From: Spirochaetaceae bacterium
Lineage (GTDB): Bacteria; Spirochaetota; Spirochaetia; DSM-27196; SKKC01
DNA length: 64,000 nt
Reading direction: 5' to 3'
Assembly: GCA_007128315.1 (NCBI GenBank)
Contig: SKXQ01000003.1
Coordinates: 1,026-65,025, forward strand
In this document: piece by piece, positions 26,550 through 36,483 of the stretch
How the letters are laid out: each line of letters opens with the position of its first letter
Numbering within the stretch: the stretch's first letter is position 1
Position numbers and translations under genes: made by a program
Notes under the pieces: model-generated
Seen by the model: the letters and a program-made list of their open reading frames with translations, nothing else
Told to the model about the DNA's origin: nothing
Database searches by the model: none

Positions 26550-28988
26550 CTATACGTCCCGGAGAGGCAGGGGACCAGGGAAGACCCGGGAGACCGCCGG
26601 TACCAGCCGTACGGACTCCGGTTCAGGCGGCAACCCTGTTTCCGGGTTAATGATCTGAACGGGTTCACCCTCCGCGACGTGGTACGTGCCGCGAAAGTCC
26701 TGGCCGTCTGAAACTCTCACGCGCTCATGGTCTCCAAGCGAAACCGTGATCGGGCCACGTACGTATTGAATCGGAAGTAACTCATCGTCGAAGTTCGATT
26801 GCCCGAAACCGAGCAGAAGCCGTCCAGCTTCGGTAAACGGTACGGCGTCCAAGATGTCCGGATCAGTATCCTCTACCATGATCTCCGTTACCGTCCCGCC
26901 CGGAAAAACCTCCGGGTACACCGCTGCCGGTACGCCTGTTCTCCTGGAGACTTCCACGTCCCCGACGTCGTCCGGTCTGTCATTCCAGTCGAACCCAGCG
27001 TCCGGAATGAGCCGCGGCAGCTCCGCAAGTGCAGACAACAGGGGGAGATCCAGGTCTTCTACGTCCGGACGCGTGTCACGGTAATGCTGAATCCCGCGCT
27101 GGTAGTCGGCCCAGACCTCAGACGCGTGAACACCGAGCACTTCGAAATCACCTGTACCCTCAGCCCGTGTATACACGGGCTCGTCATCGGATTCATCGTA
27201 GATCATTGGTAAGGCACGATCCTCACCCAGCCAGATCGAAGTCACCAGCTGGTCACTGAAGCCGGTAAACCATGCATCAGTGTGAAGGTCGGTGGTACCG
27301 GTCTTCCCGGCAACCGGGAGGTCGGACAACGCGGCACGGGCACCGGTCCCGTGCTCGACCGCGGTACGAAGCATATCACGCATGATGTACGCGGCGGCAT
27401 CCGAGAGAACTCTCCGTTCTGATCGGTCAGATTTATACACGCGCTCCCCGTCCGCATCGAGAATGTGGTCAATACTGACGGGATCCACCCGTATTCCCGA
27501 GTTTGCGAACACACTGAACGCCGAAGCCATTTCAAGAACGGTGACACCGTGCTCAAGACCGCCAAGCGCGAATGCGTCGTGATCAGGATCACCGTCTTCA
27601 TCCCCGAGACGCGAAAAACCAAACTTCTCTACACCTGTGCGCACCTCCGGAATGCCGAGTTCCCGGGCAACACGGACGGCAGGAACGTTCACCGATAGTG
27701 CCATCGCCTCACGAAGCGATACCAGTCCGTGATACCTGCTGTCGAAATTGCGTGGCCAGACGATATATGTGTCTTCTTCCTCATCGTGCTCGTATAAGGG
27801 CATGTCGTTAATGATGGTCCCCGGAAACACACGCCCGGCATCGACAGCCGTTGCATAGACGAATGGTTTTATGGCCGAGCCTGGTTGCCGCGCGGTGTCC
27901 TGCGCCCGGTTGAACGAGTCACCATGTCTGCCTCCGAGAAGAACACGCAGCTCGCCCGTTTCCGCGTCAACACTGGCCATGGCGGCCTGAGGCTGTTGCG
28001 TCTGAATCGGTTCATCTTCGTCTTCAACCGTCGGAAGGATGCCAGTGCGGAATGCATCGTGTACGGCCTCAGCGGCGATCTCCTGCTTCTCAAGATCGAA
28101 GGTAGTGTGTATCTCGAGATCCGCCCCGTACAGGACATCACGATCGACATCTTCCAGAAGAAGTTGACGCACGTGCTGGATAATATAGTCACCTGGCTCC
28201 CTGTCGTACGGATCCGCAAAGTCAACCTCGTCGGGTACAGCCTCCGCTGCCTGCTCCTCTGTCAGAAAACCAGCGTGTATCATGTTTGAGAGGACCCGTT
28301 GGCGATTCGATCGTGCGGCCGCAGGGTTTCGGAAGGGATTGATCTGACTCGGCGCACGCAGCAGACCTACCAGGAGGGCGGACTCGTGGAGTTCCAGATC
28401 GCTGACAGACTTCTCGAAATATCGCTGCGATGCCGCTTCGATGCCGTAGGCACCCGCGCCGAAGTAAACCTCGTTCAGATACATCTCGATAATCTGATTT
28501 TTGCTGTACCGGCGTTCCATCTGTACGGCCAGAACGATCTCCGAGATCTTCCTGCGCAGGGTTCGTTCCCGCGAAAGATACAACGTCCGTGCGAGCTGCT
28601 GAGTTATGGTGCTCGCACCTTCGACAATACCGAGCGCCCGTACATTCCTGCTACCCGCGCGTAGAATTCCCCTCAGATCGACGCCGCGATGGCGGAAGAA
28701 CGACCTGTCCTCTGTCGCGATTAGCGCGTGTATAAGATGCTCCGGAACCGAATCGAGGCTGACGTGCACTCGGGTTTCTTCCGCAAGCCGTCCGATCTCC
28801 AGTCCGTGCCGATCGTACACGACCGGGCCGGCTGAGGCTGGCTGGTATTCGGTAAGAGGTGGCGTGTCCTGGATGACCGAGTAGAGAAAGACGGCTCCTG
28901 CGATAAGTATCACAGCAACGATAGCCATCCCTGTCACGTAGAACGAGCTGCGGTGATAGAACGATTTCATTGAAGTTTGATTGGGCAT
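26550..28988 (-). CDS. Class A penicillin-binding protein (PBP1A family)
   Basis: N-terminal TM; transglycosylase EDRSF..H.G, GASTITQQL, RK..E; transpeptidase SAIK, SVN, KTGT. Start uncertain (28988 or 28970). Confidence 0.93.
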   Translation of the reverse strand: MPNQTSMKSFYHRSSFYVTGMAIVAVILIAGAVFLYSVIQDTPPLTEYQPASAGPVVYDRHGLEIGRLAEETRVHVSLDSVPEHLIHALIATEDRSFFRHRGVDLRGILRAGSRNVRALGIVEGASTITQQLARTLYLSRERTLRRKISEIVLAVQMERRYSKNQIIEMYLNEVYFGAGAYGIEAASQRYFEKSVSDLELHESALLVGLLRAPSQINPFRNPAAARSNRQRVLSNMIHAGFLTEEQAAEAVPDEVDFADPYDREPGDYIIQHVRQLLLEDVDRDVLYGADLEIHTTFDLEKQEIAAEAVHDAFRTGILPTVEDEDEPIQTQQPQAAMASVDAETGELRVLLGGRHGDSFNRAQDTARQPGSAIKPFVYATAVDAGRVFPGTIINDMPLYEHDEEEDTYIVWPRNFDSRYHGLVSLREAMALSVNVPAVRVARELGIPEVRTGVEKFGFSRLGDEDGDPDHDAFALGGLEHGVTVLEMASAFSVFANSGIRVDPVSIDHILDADGERVYKSDRSERRVLSDAAAYIMRDMLRTAVEHGTGARAALSDLPVAGKTGTTDLHTDAWFTGFSDQLVTSIWLGEDRALPMIYDESDDEPVYTRAEGTGDFEVLGVHASEVWADYQRGIQHYRDTRPDVEDLDLPLLSALAELPRLIPDAGFDWNDRPDDVGDVEVSRRTGVPAAVYPEVFPGGTVTEIMVEDTDPDILDAVPFTEAGRLLLGFGQSNFDDELLPIQYVRGPITVSLGDHERVRVSDGQDFRGTYHVAEGEPVQIINPETGLPPEPESVRLVPAVSRVFPGPLPLRDV

Positions 28989-29082
28989 GACTGGATTTCC
29001 TGATATTACCCCGGACGATAACAGCAACCCAACCACGAGTTAAAGATACCGATTCGGTACACAACTGTCCACTCATACCCTG

Positions 29083-29883
29083 TCAAGCAAAGAACAGGGT
29101 CTCGGTTGCCACGAAAATTCCCGCACCCACCGCAACTACGGCAAAAATCCTGCGAAGGACTACTGGTGACAGATACTGCTTGAGCCACGCTCCGCCGACC
29201 ATACCGGTCCAGCTTCCCACGGCAAATACGGCGGTGAGTGCGACCGGAGAACCGTAGGCGGCGGCGAAGTTCGCGATAAAACCGCTTACCGCGGTGAGCG
29301 CGATTGCAACGAGCGATGTCGCGAGAGCGCGATCGATGCTGACACCTGCGACGAAAATCAGAGCGGGAGCGAGCAGAAAACCGCCTCCGACGCCAAAGAA
29401 TCCGGAGAGCACACCGGTCATGAGCCCGGCAGCACCGAGCTTCAGCGCGCAGGCAAGGCCCCCGGCGGGCCTGCCCTGCTCGTCAAGCGGACAGGTGAAC
29501 CTCCCGGTCGGGACTTCGGGAGCCGGCCTCTCGCGCCTCGCCATTCGAGCCCCCACGAAAATCATGAGTAGCGCAAAGAGAACAAGGGAAAAATCCTCGG
29601 GAATGCGCGTGCCAAGCTGTGCACCGAAAGGTGCTGCGATGATTCCTCCAAGCCCCAGAATGGCTCCAGCTTTCCAGAGGACGTTGCCGCTTCTGGCCTG
29701 AATCACCGCTCCGAAAAGCGAAGTCAATCCGACAACCGCAAGCGAAATGGCTACGGCGGCACGGAGCTCCATACCGAGACCGTAGATGAGCAGTGGCACG
29801 GCGAGTATCGATCCTCCACCACCGGTCAGACCCAGGGAAAGGCCGACCAGCAATCCGAAGACGACAGCGAGAGTCATGTCCAT
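29083..29883 (-). CDS. Sulfite exporter TauE/SafE family
   Basis: GLTGGGGSILAVP and GFFGVGGGF repeats; about 8 TMs. Confidence 0.92.
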   Translation of the reverse strand: MDMTLAVVFGLLVGLSLGLTGGGGSILAVPLLIYGLGMELRAAVAISLAVVGLTSLFGAVIQARSGNVLWKAGAILGLGGIIAAPFGAQLGTRIPEDFSLVLFALLMIFVGARMARRERPAPEVPTGRFTCPLDEQGRPAGGLACALKLGAAGLMTGVLSGFFGVGGGFLLAPALIFVAGVSIDRALATSLVAIALTAVSGFIANFAAAYGSPVALTAVFAVGSWTGMVGGAWLKQYLSPVVLRRIFAVVAVGAGIFVATETLFFA

Positions 29884-29895
29884 ATTCGGCCCCGT

Positions 29896-31311
29896 TCAGG
29901 ATGCTTCTGGATAACTTGCTTCGCAGCTGCCATCCATGAGAACGGCATTATACCCGAGAGCCTTGAGATAAGAAACCGCGACCGTTGCGCGCCGCCCCGA
30001 CTGACAATGAACGTAGTAGCGCGTTGATCGGTCAAGCGTATCGAGAGCCGCTGTCAGCCTCGTATAGGGCTGACAGCGCGAACCCGGATAGCATCGCTCG
30101 TTGTGCTCGCTGGTATTCCGGACATCCAGAATAGCCTCACCGGTCTTCACGGAGCTCGGATCAAAGGTCTCGCACTGGAGGTGCTCAAGAGTCGCGAGCT
30201 CGACACCCGAGGATCGTAAGTCCTCGAAGGTGATGTACCCGTCGACGTGATCGTACCCGATGCGATACAGCAGGCGGGTCGCCTCATCGGCGTCGTCGGT
30301 GGAATCAAGAATCAGCAGAACGTGTTCATCATCGGCGATCGTGGAACCCGCGGCGTTCACAATGGTGCCGTCGCCAAGTCCACCGAAAATGGAACCGGGA
30401 AAATGTGCCTGAATGAAGGCCTGACGGTCGCTGCGCGCGTCCATGACGCGGACTTTTGGAGCCTGTGCCTCGTTGGTGAACTCTGACACCGTCATTTCGC
30501 GGGGTTTGGGGGCACCGCCGGTAACCGTGATACCGTCACGATTAACGGTTTTCATTCGTGCAAAATACATGGGAGGCTCGGGCTGTCCCGACAATATAAC
30601 TGAGACGAACTCTTCGGCGTTCGTCTGCGCAAGACTGAGCGCTCCGTTGAAACGACGCTCATACCCGAGGGTAGATGATGGTAAGGCGCCAAGCGCTTTG
30701 CCGCATGCACTCCCGGCACCATGGCCAGGCAGAATCTGTGTATACTCCGGAAGGTCGAGCCGCTCCGCCAGCGACTTCTGCAGACGGCGAGCCGATGGCT
30801 CCATGTTCCCGACGATCCCTGCGGCGGACTCAAGCAGATCAGGTCGTCCGACATCCCCGACGAACACGAAATCGCCCGTGGCAATGGCAACCGGTTCGGT
30901 CGCACCACTTCCGTGATCGGTAATGAGATAACTGAGGTGTTCCGGGGTATGCCCTGGTGTATGCACGGCCTTGATTTCGATATTCCCGATATGAATGCTG
31001 TCGCCATCCTTGAGCAGGGTAATGTTACTCCTGCCTCCGGTCCATGCATGCGTCCAGTCCGGCCCGCCCTCTCCGGGAAGGTACACCTGTACCGACGGAT
31101 CGGCAGCAAACTCCTGTGTACCACTCACAAAATCGGCGTGTATATGTGTTTCTGCTGCCGCGATGATCGTGAGATCGTGTTTTGCCGCAAGGGCGTGATA
31201 CCGGTCGATGTCACGTTCCGGGTCAATGACTATGGCCTCGCCACTCTGCTGACATCCGATCAGATACGCGGCCTGCGCCAGTGCATCATCATAGACTTGT
31301 CGTAAAAACAT
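29896..31311 (-). CDS. Persulfide dioxygenase-like MBL hydrolase fused to rhodanese domains (CstB/Blh-like)
   Basis: ETHIHADF, TPGHTPEH, VGRPDL, PGHGAGSACG and C-terminal HCQSGRRA; start ATG 31311 after GGGAG. Confidence 0.92.
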   Translation of the reverse strand: MFLRQVYDDALAQAAYLIGCQQSGEAIVIDPERDIDRYHALAAKHDLTIIAAAETHIHADFVSGTQEFAADPSVQVYLPGEGGPDWTHAWTGGRSNITLLKDGDSIHIGNIEIKAVHTPGHTPEHLSYLITDHGSGATEPVAIATGDFVFVGDVGRPDLLESAAGIVGNMEPSARRLQKSLAERLDLPEYTQILPGHGAGSACGKALGALPSSTLGYERRFNGALSLAQTNAEEFVSVILSGQPEPPMYFARMKTVNRDGITVTGGAPKPREMTVSEFTNEAQAPKVRVMDARSDRQAFIQAHFPGSIFGGLGDGTIVNAAGSTIADDEHVLLILDSTDDADEATRLLYRIGYDHVDGYITFEDLRSSGVELATLEHLQCETFDPSSVKTGEAILDVRNTSEHNERCYPGSRCQPYTRLTAALDTLDRSTRYYVHCQSGRRATVAVSYLKALGYNAVLMDGSCEASYPEAS

Positions 31312-31347
31312 ACATGTACTCCCGTGTTCGTAGAATGTATGAACAAT

Positions 31348-31377
31348 ATATTTGACTATTTTAATATAGTCAAATAT
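31348..31377. promoter_or_regulatory. 30 bp near-perfect palindrome, putative repressor operator between divergent sulfur genes
   Basis: ATATTTGACTAT-TTTAAT-ATAGTCAAATAT: perfect 12 bp arms, one mismatched pair overall, in an AT-rich intergenic region. Confidence 0.8.
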
Positions 31378-31429
31378 TATTTTGATCACGTATGATAGTC
31401 TCTATACAGTTATCTGAAAGGAGTTCTCT

Positions 31430-31999
31430 ATGATTGATGCAATTACCGGTCCGTGGCCGTGGTGGATTTCCGGTCCGCTGCTCGGGCTCATGGTTCCTCT
31501 CCTGCTGCTGCTCGCGAACAAACAGTTCGGCGTCTCGTCCTCTCTGCAGCACATATGCGCAGCCGTACTTCCGGTACGTAAGGCGAAATATTTCAACTAC
31601 GACTGGAAAGCCTCATTGTGGAGCATTGTTCTGGTTGCCGGTGTCGTGGTAGGAGCAGCGCTCGCCGTACTGTTTCTGAACGGAGATTCAGCACCCGCAG
31701 TCAGCAGTTCAGCCCGGGAGCTTTTCGCATCCTGGGGGCTCTCGTCACCGGAGGCGCTGCAACCGGCGGAAATTTTCGGTACATCAGCGCTCAGCTCCCC
31801 TGCGGTACTCGTAATTCTGATCGGTGGCGGCTTTCTCGTCGGGTTCGGGGCGCGATACGCAAACGGTTGCACGTCGGGACACGCGATTATGGGGCTCTCA
31901 CTGTTAAGTGTCGGATCCCTTGTCGCCGTCATCGGTTTTTTCATCGGTGGTCTGGCGATGGCCCACCTGATTCTTCCCTATATCGTGTCACTGCTATAA
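31430..31999 (+). CDS. YeeE/YedE family sulfur-compound transporter, first half
   Basis: GVSSSL..IC and GFGARYANGCTSGH motifs; SD AAAGGAG. Confidence 0.92.
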   Translation: MIDAITGPWPWWISGPLLGLMVPLLLLLANKQFGVSSSLQHICAAVLPVRKAKYFNYDWKASLWSIVLVAGVVVGAALAVLFLNGDSAPAVSSSARELFASWGLSSPEALQPAEIFGTSALSSPAVLVILIGGGFLVGFGARYANGCTSGHAIMGLSLLSVGSLVAVIGFFIGGLAMAHLILPYIVSLL

Positions 32000-32009
32000 G
32001 AGGTTCGTC

Positions 32010-32423
32010 ATGAAGTTGATCAAGTTTTTTCTGTTCGGTGTCTATTTTGGAGTTGTACTCGTCAAAGCGGAAGTGGTCAGCTGGTTCCGCATACAGGAGA
32101 TGTTCTACTTTCAGTCGGTGCACATGTACGGGATCATTGGAAGCGCAGTGATCGTAGGCGCTCTCTCGGTCTTTCTGATCCGCACCTTCGGGATACGATC
32201 GGTGGAAGGCGAGGAAATCAAACTGGCCGCGAAGCCGTTCAATAAGGTCGGCAACCTCGCAGGGGGCATCGTATTCGGACTCGGCTGGGCGCTTGTCGGT
32301 GCGTGTCCCGGTCCCCTGTACGCGCTCATAGGTGCCGGTTACTGGTCGGTGCTGATTGCCCTCGCGGGCGCCTTCGCAGGAGTTGTCACCTACGGTTACG
32401 CGAAACCGCATCTGCCACATTAG
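32010..32423 (+). CDS. YeeE/YedE family protein, second half
   Basis: RIQEMF and GGIVFGLGWALVGACPGP motifs. Confidence 0.9.
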   Translation: MKLIKFFLFGVYFGVVLVKAEVVSWFRIQEMFYFQSVHMYGIIGSAVIVGALSVFLIRTFGIRSVEGEEIKLAAKPFNKVGNLAGGIVFGLGWALVGACPGPLYALIGAGYWSVLIALAGAFAGVVTYGYAKPHLPH

Positions 32424-32445
32424 CCCGTGGACCAACGGTAGAAAC

Positions 32446-32478
32446 GCGAAGCCTCTCCTCTCAGCGAGAGGCCTTCGC
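32446..32478. terminator. Possible hairpin between convergent genes
   Basis: GCGAAGCCTCTC...GAGAGGCCTTCGC stem with one bulge; no U-tract. Confidence 0.3.
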
Positions 32479-33612
32479 CCCTCCTCCGAGGCGGCTGGCG
32501 AAGGGGATGTCCTCGTGTCGAGCGAGCGCAAAACGACCGCCGCCGGCCACGATTATGAGGCAGTTAAGCGCCACGACGATCTGTACCAATCCCGCCCCGC
32601 CTAGTCCCTGGTATACAACGGGTAACGAAAGGACGGCGATGGAGAGTATGGCATTCGTGCGGGCCATCGCGCCAAGAGTCAGACCGCCGGCAGCAAGAAT
32701 CAGTATAACTGACGGAATGCCGCTCAACCGTTGTGCGAGAAGGATTATGAGTCCTGCGCTTGCAATGCGCACGGCAAGCGGAATCCACCCGAACACATAG
32801 ACGCGAAAGATGTAGGAAAGCAGCCTGTGCATCCCCGTACCAGGTACCAGACGACCTGTCACAATGAACCAGTCGCGCAGAAAGGCTCCGGTTAGCGGTA
32901 CGACGAAGAATGCCGCTCCAGAGCGAAGAAGGTGCACGGGAAATATTGGAATGAGTGCGGTGGCAATATAACCCCAGTACAGTCCGGCGATTACCCGGCC
33001 TGCGCCTCCGTTGTCCGGCTCAACCACCGGCAGCCCCTGGCTAACTCGCCTCCAGTACGCAAACATGAACAAGTATCGATAGAGTGCCGGCAGCATGAAC
33101 CACCACGAGAGAGTCCCACGCGCCGCGACAACGAGGGTCGCTGAAATCAGGCCAATGCTGTCAAACTCGTGCTCGAGTGTTTCTCCAAGCAGCGACGCTC
33201 GGCCGGTGATTCGAGCTACCAATCCGTCAACGAAGTCGATTGTTATGCTTACTGAATACAGGACGAAAGGCGCCCATAGCAGAATAGGACTTTGCACCGG
33301 GAACAGGGCTATTGCGAAGAGCACGGAGACAGCGTACGAGCGCATCATGGTCAGCGTATTTGCAAGACCCAGGTCCGGTCGGATCGGAGCATCCGGAGGA
33401 TGCGGAGCCCGATTCTCGCGCAGTGACGACAGAAACACGGCTGATGATACGGCTACCGCGGAAGTAAACCCCACAATCCAGAAAAACGTTGCGCTGGCAC
33501 CTTCGGCCCGAAACACGTGTATCGCCCAAGGGACACCAAGAACGAATTGCAGAAAAACAACGCCGCCTGCCTGAAGCTTCAGCCGCCGTGGAATGTCTTT
33601 GCCGCCCGCCAT
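32461..33612 (-). CDS. CDP-alcohol phosphatidyltransferase family protein
   Basis: ANTLTMMR and DFVDGLVAR...G...E...D motif; many TMs. Confidence 0.85.
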   Translation of the reverse strand: MAGGKDIPRRLKLQAGGVVFLQFVLGVPWAIHVFRAEGASATFFWIVGFTSAVAVSSAVFLSSLRENRAPHPPDAPIRPDLGLANTLTMMRSYAVSVLFAIALFPVQSPILLWAPFVLYSVSITIDFVDGLVARITGRASLLGETLEHEFDSIGLISATLVVAARGTLSWWFMLPALYRYLFMFAYWRRVSQGLPVVEPDNGGAGRVIAGLYWGYIATALIPIFPVHLLRSGAAFFVVPLTGAFLRDWFIVTGRLVPGTGMHRLLSYIFRVYVFGWIPLAVRIASAGLIILLAQRLSGIPSVILILAAGGLTLGAMARTNAILSIAVLSLPVVYQGLGGAGLVQIVVALNCLIIVAGGGRFALARHEDIPFASRLGGGAKASR

Positions 33613-33682
33613 GTCCGCGCTCCTGTTAACAATACGTGAGAATATACGCAGTGGTTCAGGAAATGTAAAACGTCAGGATCAC

Positions 33683-34723
33683 CTACCGTCGAACGCGGGT
33701 GGTTCGACGTCCAAACTGATTGGTGATCGTGAGAAAGCCTGCCGGATCGACATTCTGGTCGCCGACGATAACCTCGAGGTGAACATGCGGCCCGGTACTC
33801 ATACCGGTGCTACCGAGTATTCCGAGGCGCTCGCCCTGCCGAACCGTATCACCAACGCTGACATCTATGCGAGCCATGTGCGCATACACCGTCCGTATAC
33901 CAAAACGGTGTTCGAGCACGACGAAGTTACCAAAACCGAACTCCTGCCACCCGGTCTCGACCACCGTACCGTTCGCGGTTGCGACGAGGCCGAGTCCCGG
34001 CCTCGGGTCAGCGATATCAAAGCCGGTATGCCAGTACCACCGCCCGAAGAAGGGATGAATATTCGGCCCCCACTCGTGAGTGACTATGCCGAGCCCGCCG
34101 GCAACGGGCCAGTGCGTCGGGATGTCCTGCAGAAACTCGCGCTTGTTCGCGACGGCGAGCGCGGCCTGAGCAATGGGTTCACCGGCACTCGAGAGCACAG
34201 AGGAGAGTCGGCTCAGAATATCTATATCAGATTCGAGCGTTCCTCCCGGCTCGACAGAGGACAGCAACACGACGTTTTCGTCGGAAAATGAGATACCGCT
34301 GCCGGGAACACCGGCAAACGCCGATGAAAGAATTGAGTCGAAGTTCCGAGCGCTCCGCAGGAGACCGTGCAGCTCGTCCCGGAGGCTGTCTACGCTCGCC
34401 TGCACCTGCTGAAGCTGGGATTCCTGAACTGACAGCGTTTCGAGCCGATCGAGGCTTTCTCCGACCATCCATACTGACGAAACCGCGACGAGAATCGTAA
34501 CCAGGCCGATAAATACGATTCCGGCGAAATTGATAGTGAAATTAAAGGGTGAGGCCGTATTGTGCGGCACGATCATGATCGTGTAGCTGCGACGCGCAAG
34601 ACGATATACACTGCGGGGAAACGCGAGCGTCATACCATACACGACACGAGCAAGGAGCGCGACTCCGCCAAGAGCCTTCGCAATGGTACCTCGAGTTTCA
34701 GTTGCGCTTTGCTTTCTCTTCAA
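33683..34723 (-). CDS. M23 family metallopeptidase with TM and coiled coil
   Basis: TIMIVPH, TM, coiled coil, HTGFD, YAH and STGPHVH; TTG start after GAGG. Confidence 0.92.
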   Translation of the reverse strand: MKRKQSATETRGTIAKALGGVALLARVVYGMTLAFPRSVYRLARRSYTIMIVPHNTASPFNFTINFAGIVFIGLVTILVAVSSVWMVGESLDRLETLSVQESQLQQVQASVDSLRDELHGLLRSARNFDSILSSAFAGVPGSGISFSDENVVLLSSVEPGGTLESDIDILSRLSSVLSSAGEPIAQAALAVANKREFLQDIPTHWPVAGGLGIVTHEWGPNIHPFFGRWYWHTGFDIADPRPGLGLVATANGTVVETGWQEFGFGNFVVLEHRFGIRTVYAHMARIDVSVGDTVRQGERLGILGSTGMSTGPHVHLEVIVGDQNVDPAGFLTITNQFGRRTTRVRR

Positions 34724-34892
34724 GCTGTAACCTCAATACATGCCAGGCGGAGGCTTCCGACAGCAACAAGACACACTGCCCCCGACACCCGCGTCTTCCT
34801 TTAACAAGAGTATCGGCGGTTCGTCCCCCCAAGTGAAGAAATCGTACCACAGGGTATGTGGCGTGTCAAACTGCCACAATCAAATGACTTAG

Positions 34893-35414
34893 CTATAACA
34901 TCCCCAGTTTCTGCAGCTTCGGCTGAATTACAACGCGGCAGTACCCCGCACCAGGATTCCGGTCGAAGTACCTTTCGTGATACGCTTCGGCAGCGTAAAA
35001 ATCAGCAGCCGGTTCGATCCGTGTAACAACGGTTGTCCCGAGCATCTCCTGCACCGCAGCCACCATTCGTTCCGCAATGTGTTTCTGCTCCTCGGAGTGA
35101 TAGAAAACGACGGAGCGGTATTGTGGTCCGACGTCCGCTCCCTGTCGATCCACGGTTGTCGGGTCGTGTGCCCTGAAGAATGTCTCAAGGATACGGTCAT
35201 ACGACACAATCAAGGGATCGTAATTCACCTGCACGACCTCTGCGTGCCCGGTCTGCCCCGTACATACGTCCTCATAGCTGGGATTTACAACCGAGCCACC
35301 ACAATAGCCCGACTGCACCGACTGTACCCCGTCAATGCGGCGAAACACCGCTTCCATGCACCAGAAGCAACCGCCACCGAGCGTTGCGGTCTGGATTATT
35401 GAGTTTTCTGCCAT
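34893..35414 (-). CDS. msrA: Peptide-methionine (S)-S-oxide reductase
   Basis: GGGCFWC, GHAE, HDPT, GPQYRS, AEAYH and GYC motifs. Confidence 0.95.
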   Translation of the reverse strand: MAENSIIQTATLGGGCFWCMEAVFRRIDGVQSVQSGYCGGSVVNPSYEDVCTGQTGHAEVVQVNYDPLIVSYDRILETFFRAHDPTTVDRQGADVGPQYRSVVFYHSEEQKHIAERMVAAVQEMLGTTVVTRIEPAADFYAAEAYHERYFDRNPGAGYCRVVIQPKLQKLGML

Positions 35415-35509
35415 ATGTAACCTCTGCGCAAAAATACTACATGAAATCAGCGTTCGACCAGTCATACAGCTTGACAATGAAGCGGCAGTCGAACAGCGTA
35501 CTAATCGAA

Positions 35510-36448
35510 ATGAACTTGCTACCCGAACAGGACACTGAGCACGCCCGCCATCTCAACACACTTGCATCCGACGGCATCGACGTTTTTCTTCTCGCCCGCG
35601 GCAACTTGCGCGGTGCGGTCATTCACGGCACTCACATGCTGAACGCAATGCGCCGTAATCATCAGCTTGGCATAATGGAAAGTCTGATTCTCGGTCATGG
35701 CTACCTCGCAACCGCTCTCGTCGGGTCGCAGTTGAAGGAGCACGGACGGGTAATCCTGTCGATAGACTGTTCAGGCCCGGTGCAGGGAATGAACGTTGAA
35801 GCAACTGCACGTGGTGAAGTACGCGGGTACCTCAAGAACTCGGCGATCCTCATTGAGGAAGAACTCGAAAGCTTCGATACGGGACCGTTTATCGGGGTCG
35901 GGATTCTCTCGCTGACACGTCACCTTGAACGACAGAAACAACCCTTTACCGGGCAGGTGCTGGTAGAGTACGGCTCAATTGCCAGGGATCTGGCGAACTA
36001 CTACGTGCAGTCCGAACAGACGCCTACGGCCTTCAATCTGAGCGTGCAGTTTGATACCGCCGGACGAATCAGTGGTGCCGGAGGTCTTTTTGTGCAGGCA
36101 GTTCCTGGTGCGCATGACGAGGAAAAGGAGCGCGCCCAGGCACTGGTCGAGGAGCTTCCGAGTCTGGGACGATTGTTTGCCGACCGGCATACCGGGGCAG
36201 ATGTAGTTCACCGGCAGTTTGCAGCACTCGAACCGGAGATTGTCGGCACCCGGGAAGCCAGTTTCTTCTGCGCCTGTTCCAAGGAGCGATTCGCCCGTTT
36301 TATAGCAGGCATGTCTGATCAGGAACTCGATGATCTGGAGGCGAACGGCCCCTTCCCTGTCACAACCGTGTGTCACAACTGCAACTCGACGTATGAGTTT
36401 ACAAGGCCGGAAGTGCGCGCGTTAGCGGCGCGGCACAGAAATCGATAG
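35510..36448 (+). CDS. hslO: Redox-regulated chaperone Hsp33
   Basis: G.VRGY, YYVQSEQTPT, GGLFVQ..PG and Zn motif CAC...CHNC; start uncertain (35477 or 35510). Confidence 0.92.
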   Translation: MNLLPEQDTEHARHLNTLASDGIDVFLLARGNLRGAVIHGTHMLNAMRRNHQLGIMESLILGHGYLATALVGSQLKEHGRVILSIDCSGPVQGMNVEATARGEVRGYLKNSAILIEEELESFDTGPFIGVGILSLTRHLERQKQPFTGQVLVEYGSIARDLANYYVQSEQTPTAFNLSVQFDTAGRISGAGGLFVQAVPGAHDEEKERAQALVEELPSLGRLFADRHTGADVVHRQFAALEPEIVGTREASFFCACSKERFARFIAGMSDQELDDLEANGPFPVTTVCHNCNSTYEFTRPEVRALAARHRNR

Positions 36449-36456
36449 GCCCGACT

Positions 36457-36481
36457 GCAGGTATGCGTCCCGCGCACCTGC
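36457..36481. terminator. Possible hairpin between convergent hslO and mgtE
   Basis: GCAGGTATGCG-TCC-CGCGCACCTGC; no U-tract. Confidence 0.3.
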
Positions 36482-36483
36482 TC

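Noticed and set aside
35471..35505. TTGACA as the -35 of hslO
   Set aside because: No acceptable -10 hexamer at 16-18 nt spacing.
35180..35509. N-terminal extensions in the ORF track (hslO; also MBL 31312-31389, MTase 55300-55563, GNAT 49689-49760)
   Set aside because: They overlap neighbouring genes or promoters, and family similarity begins at downstream start codons.
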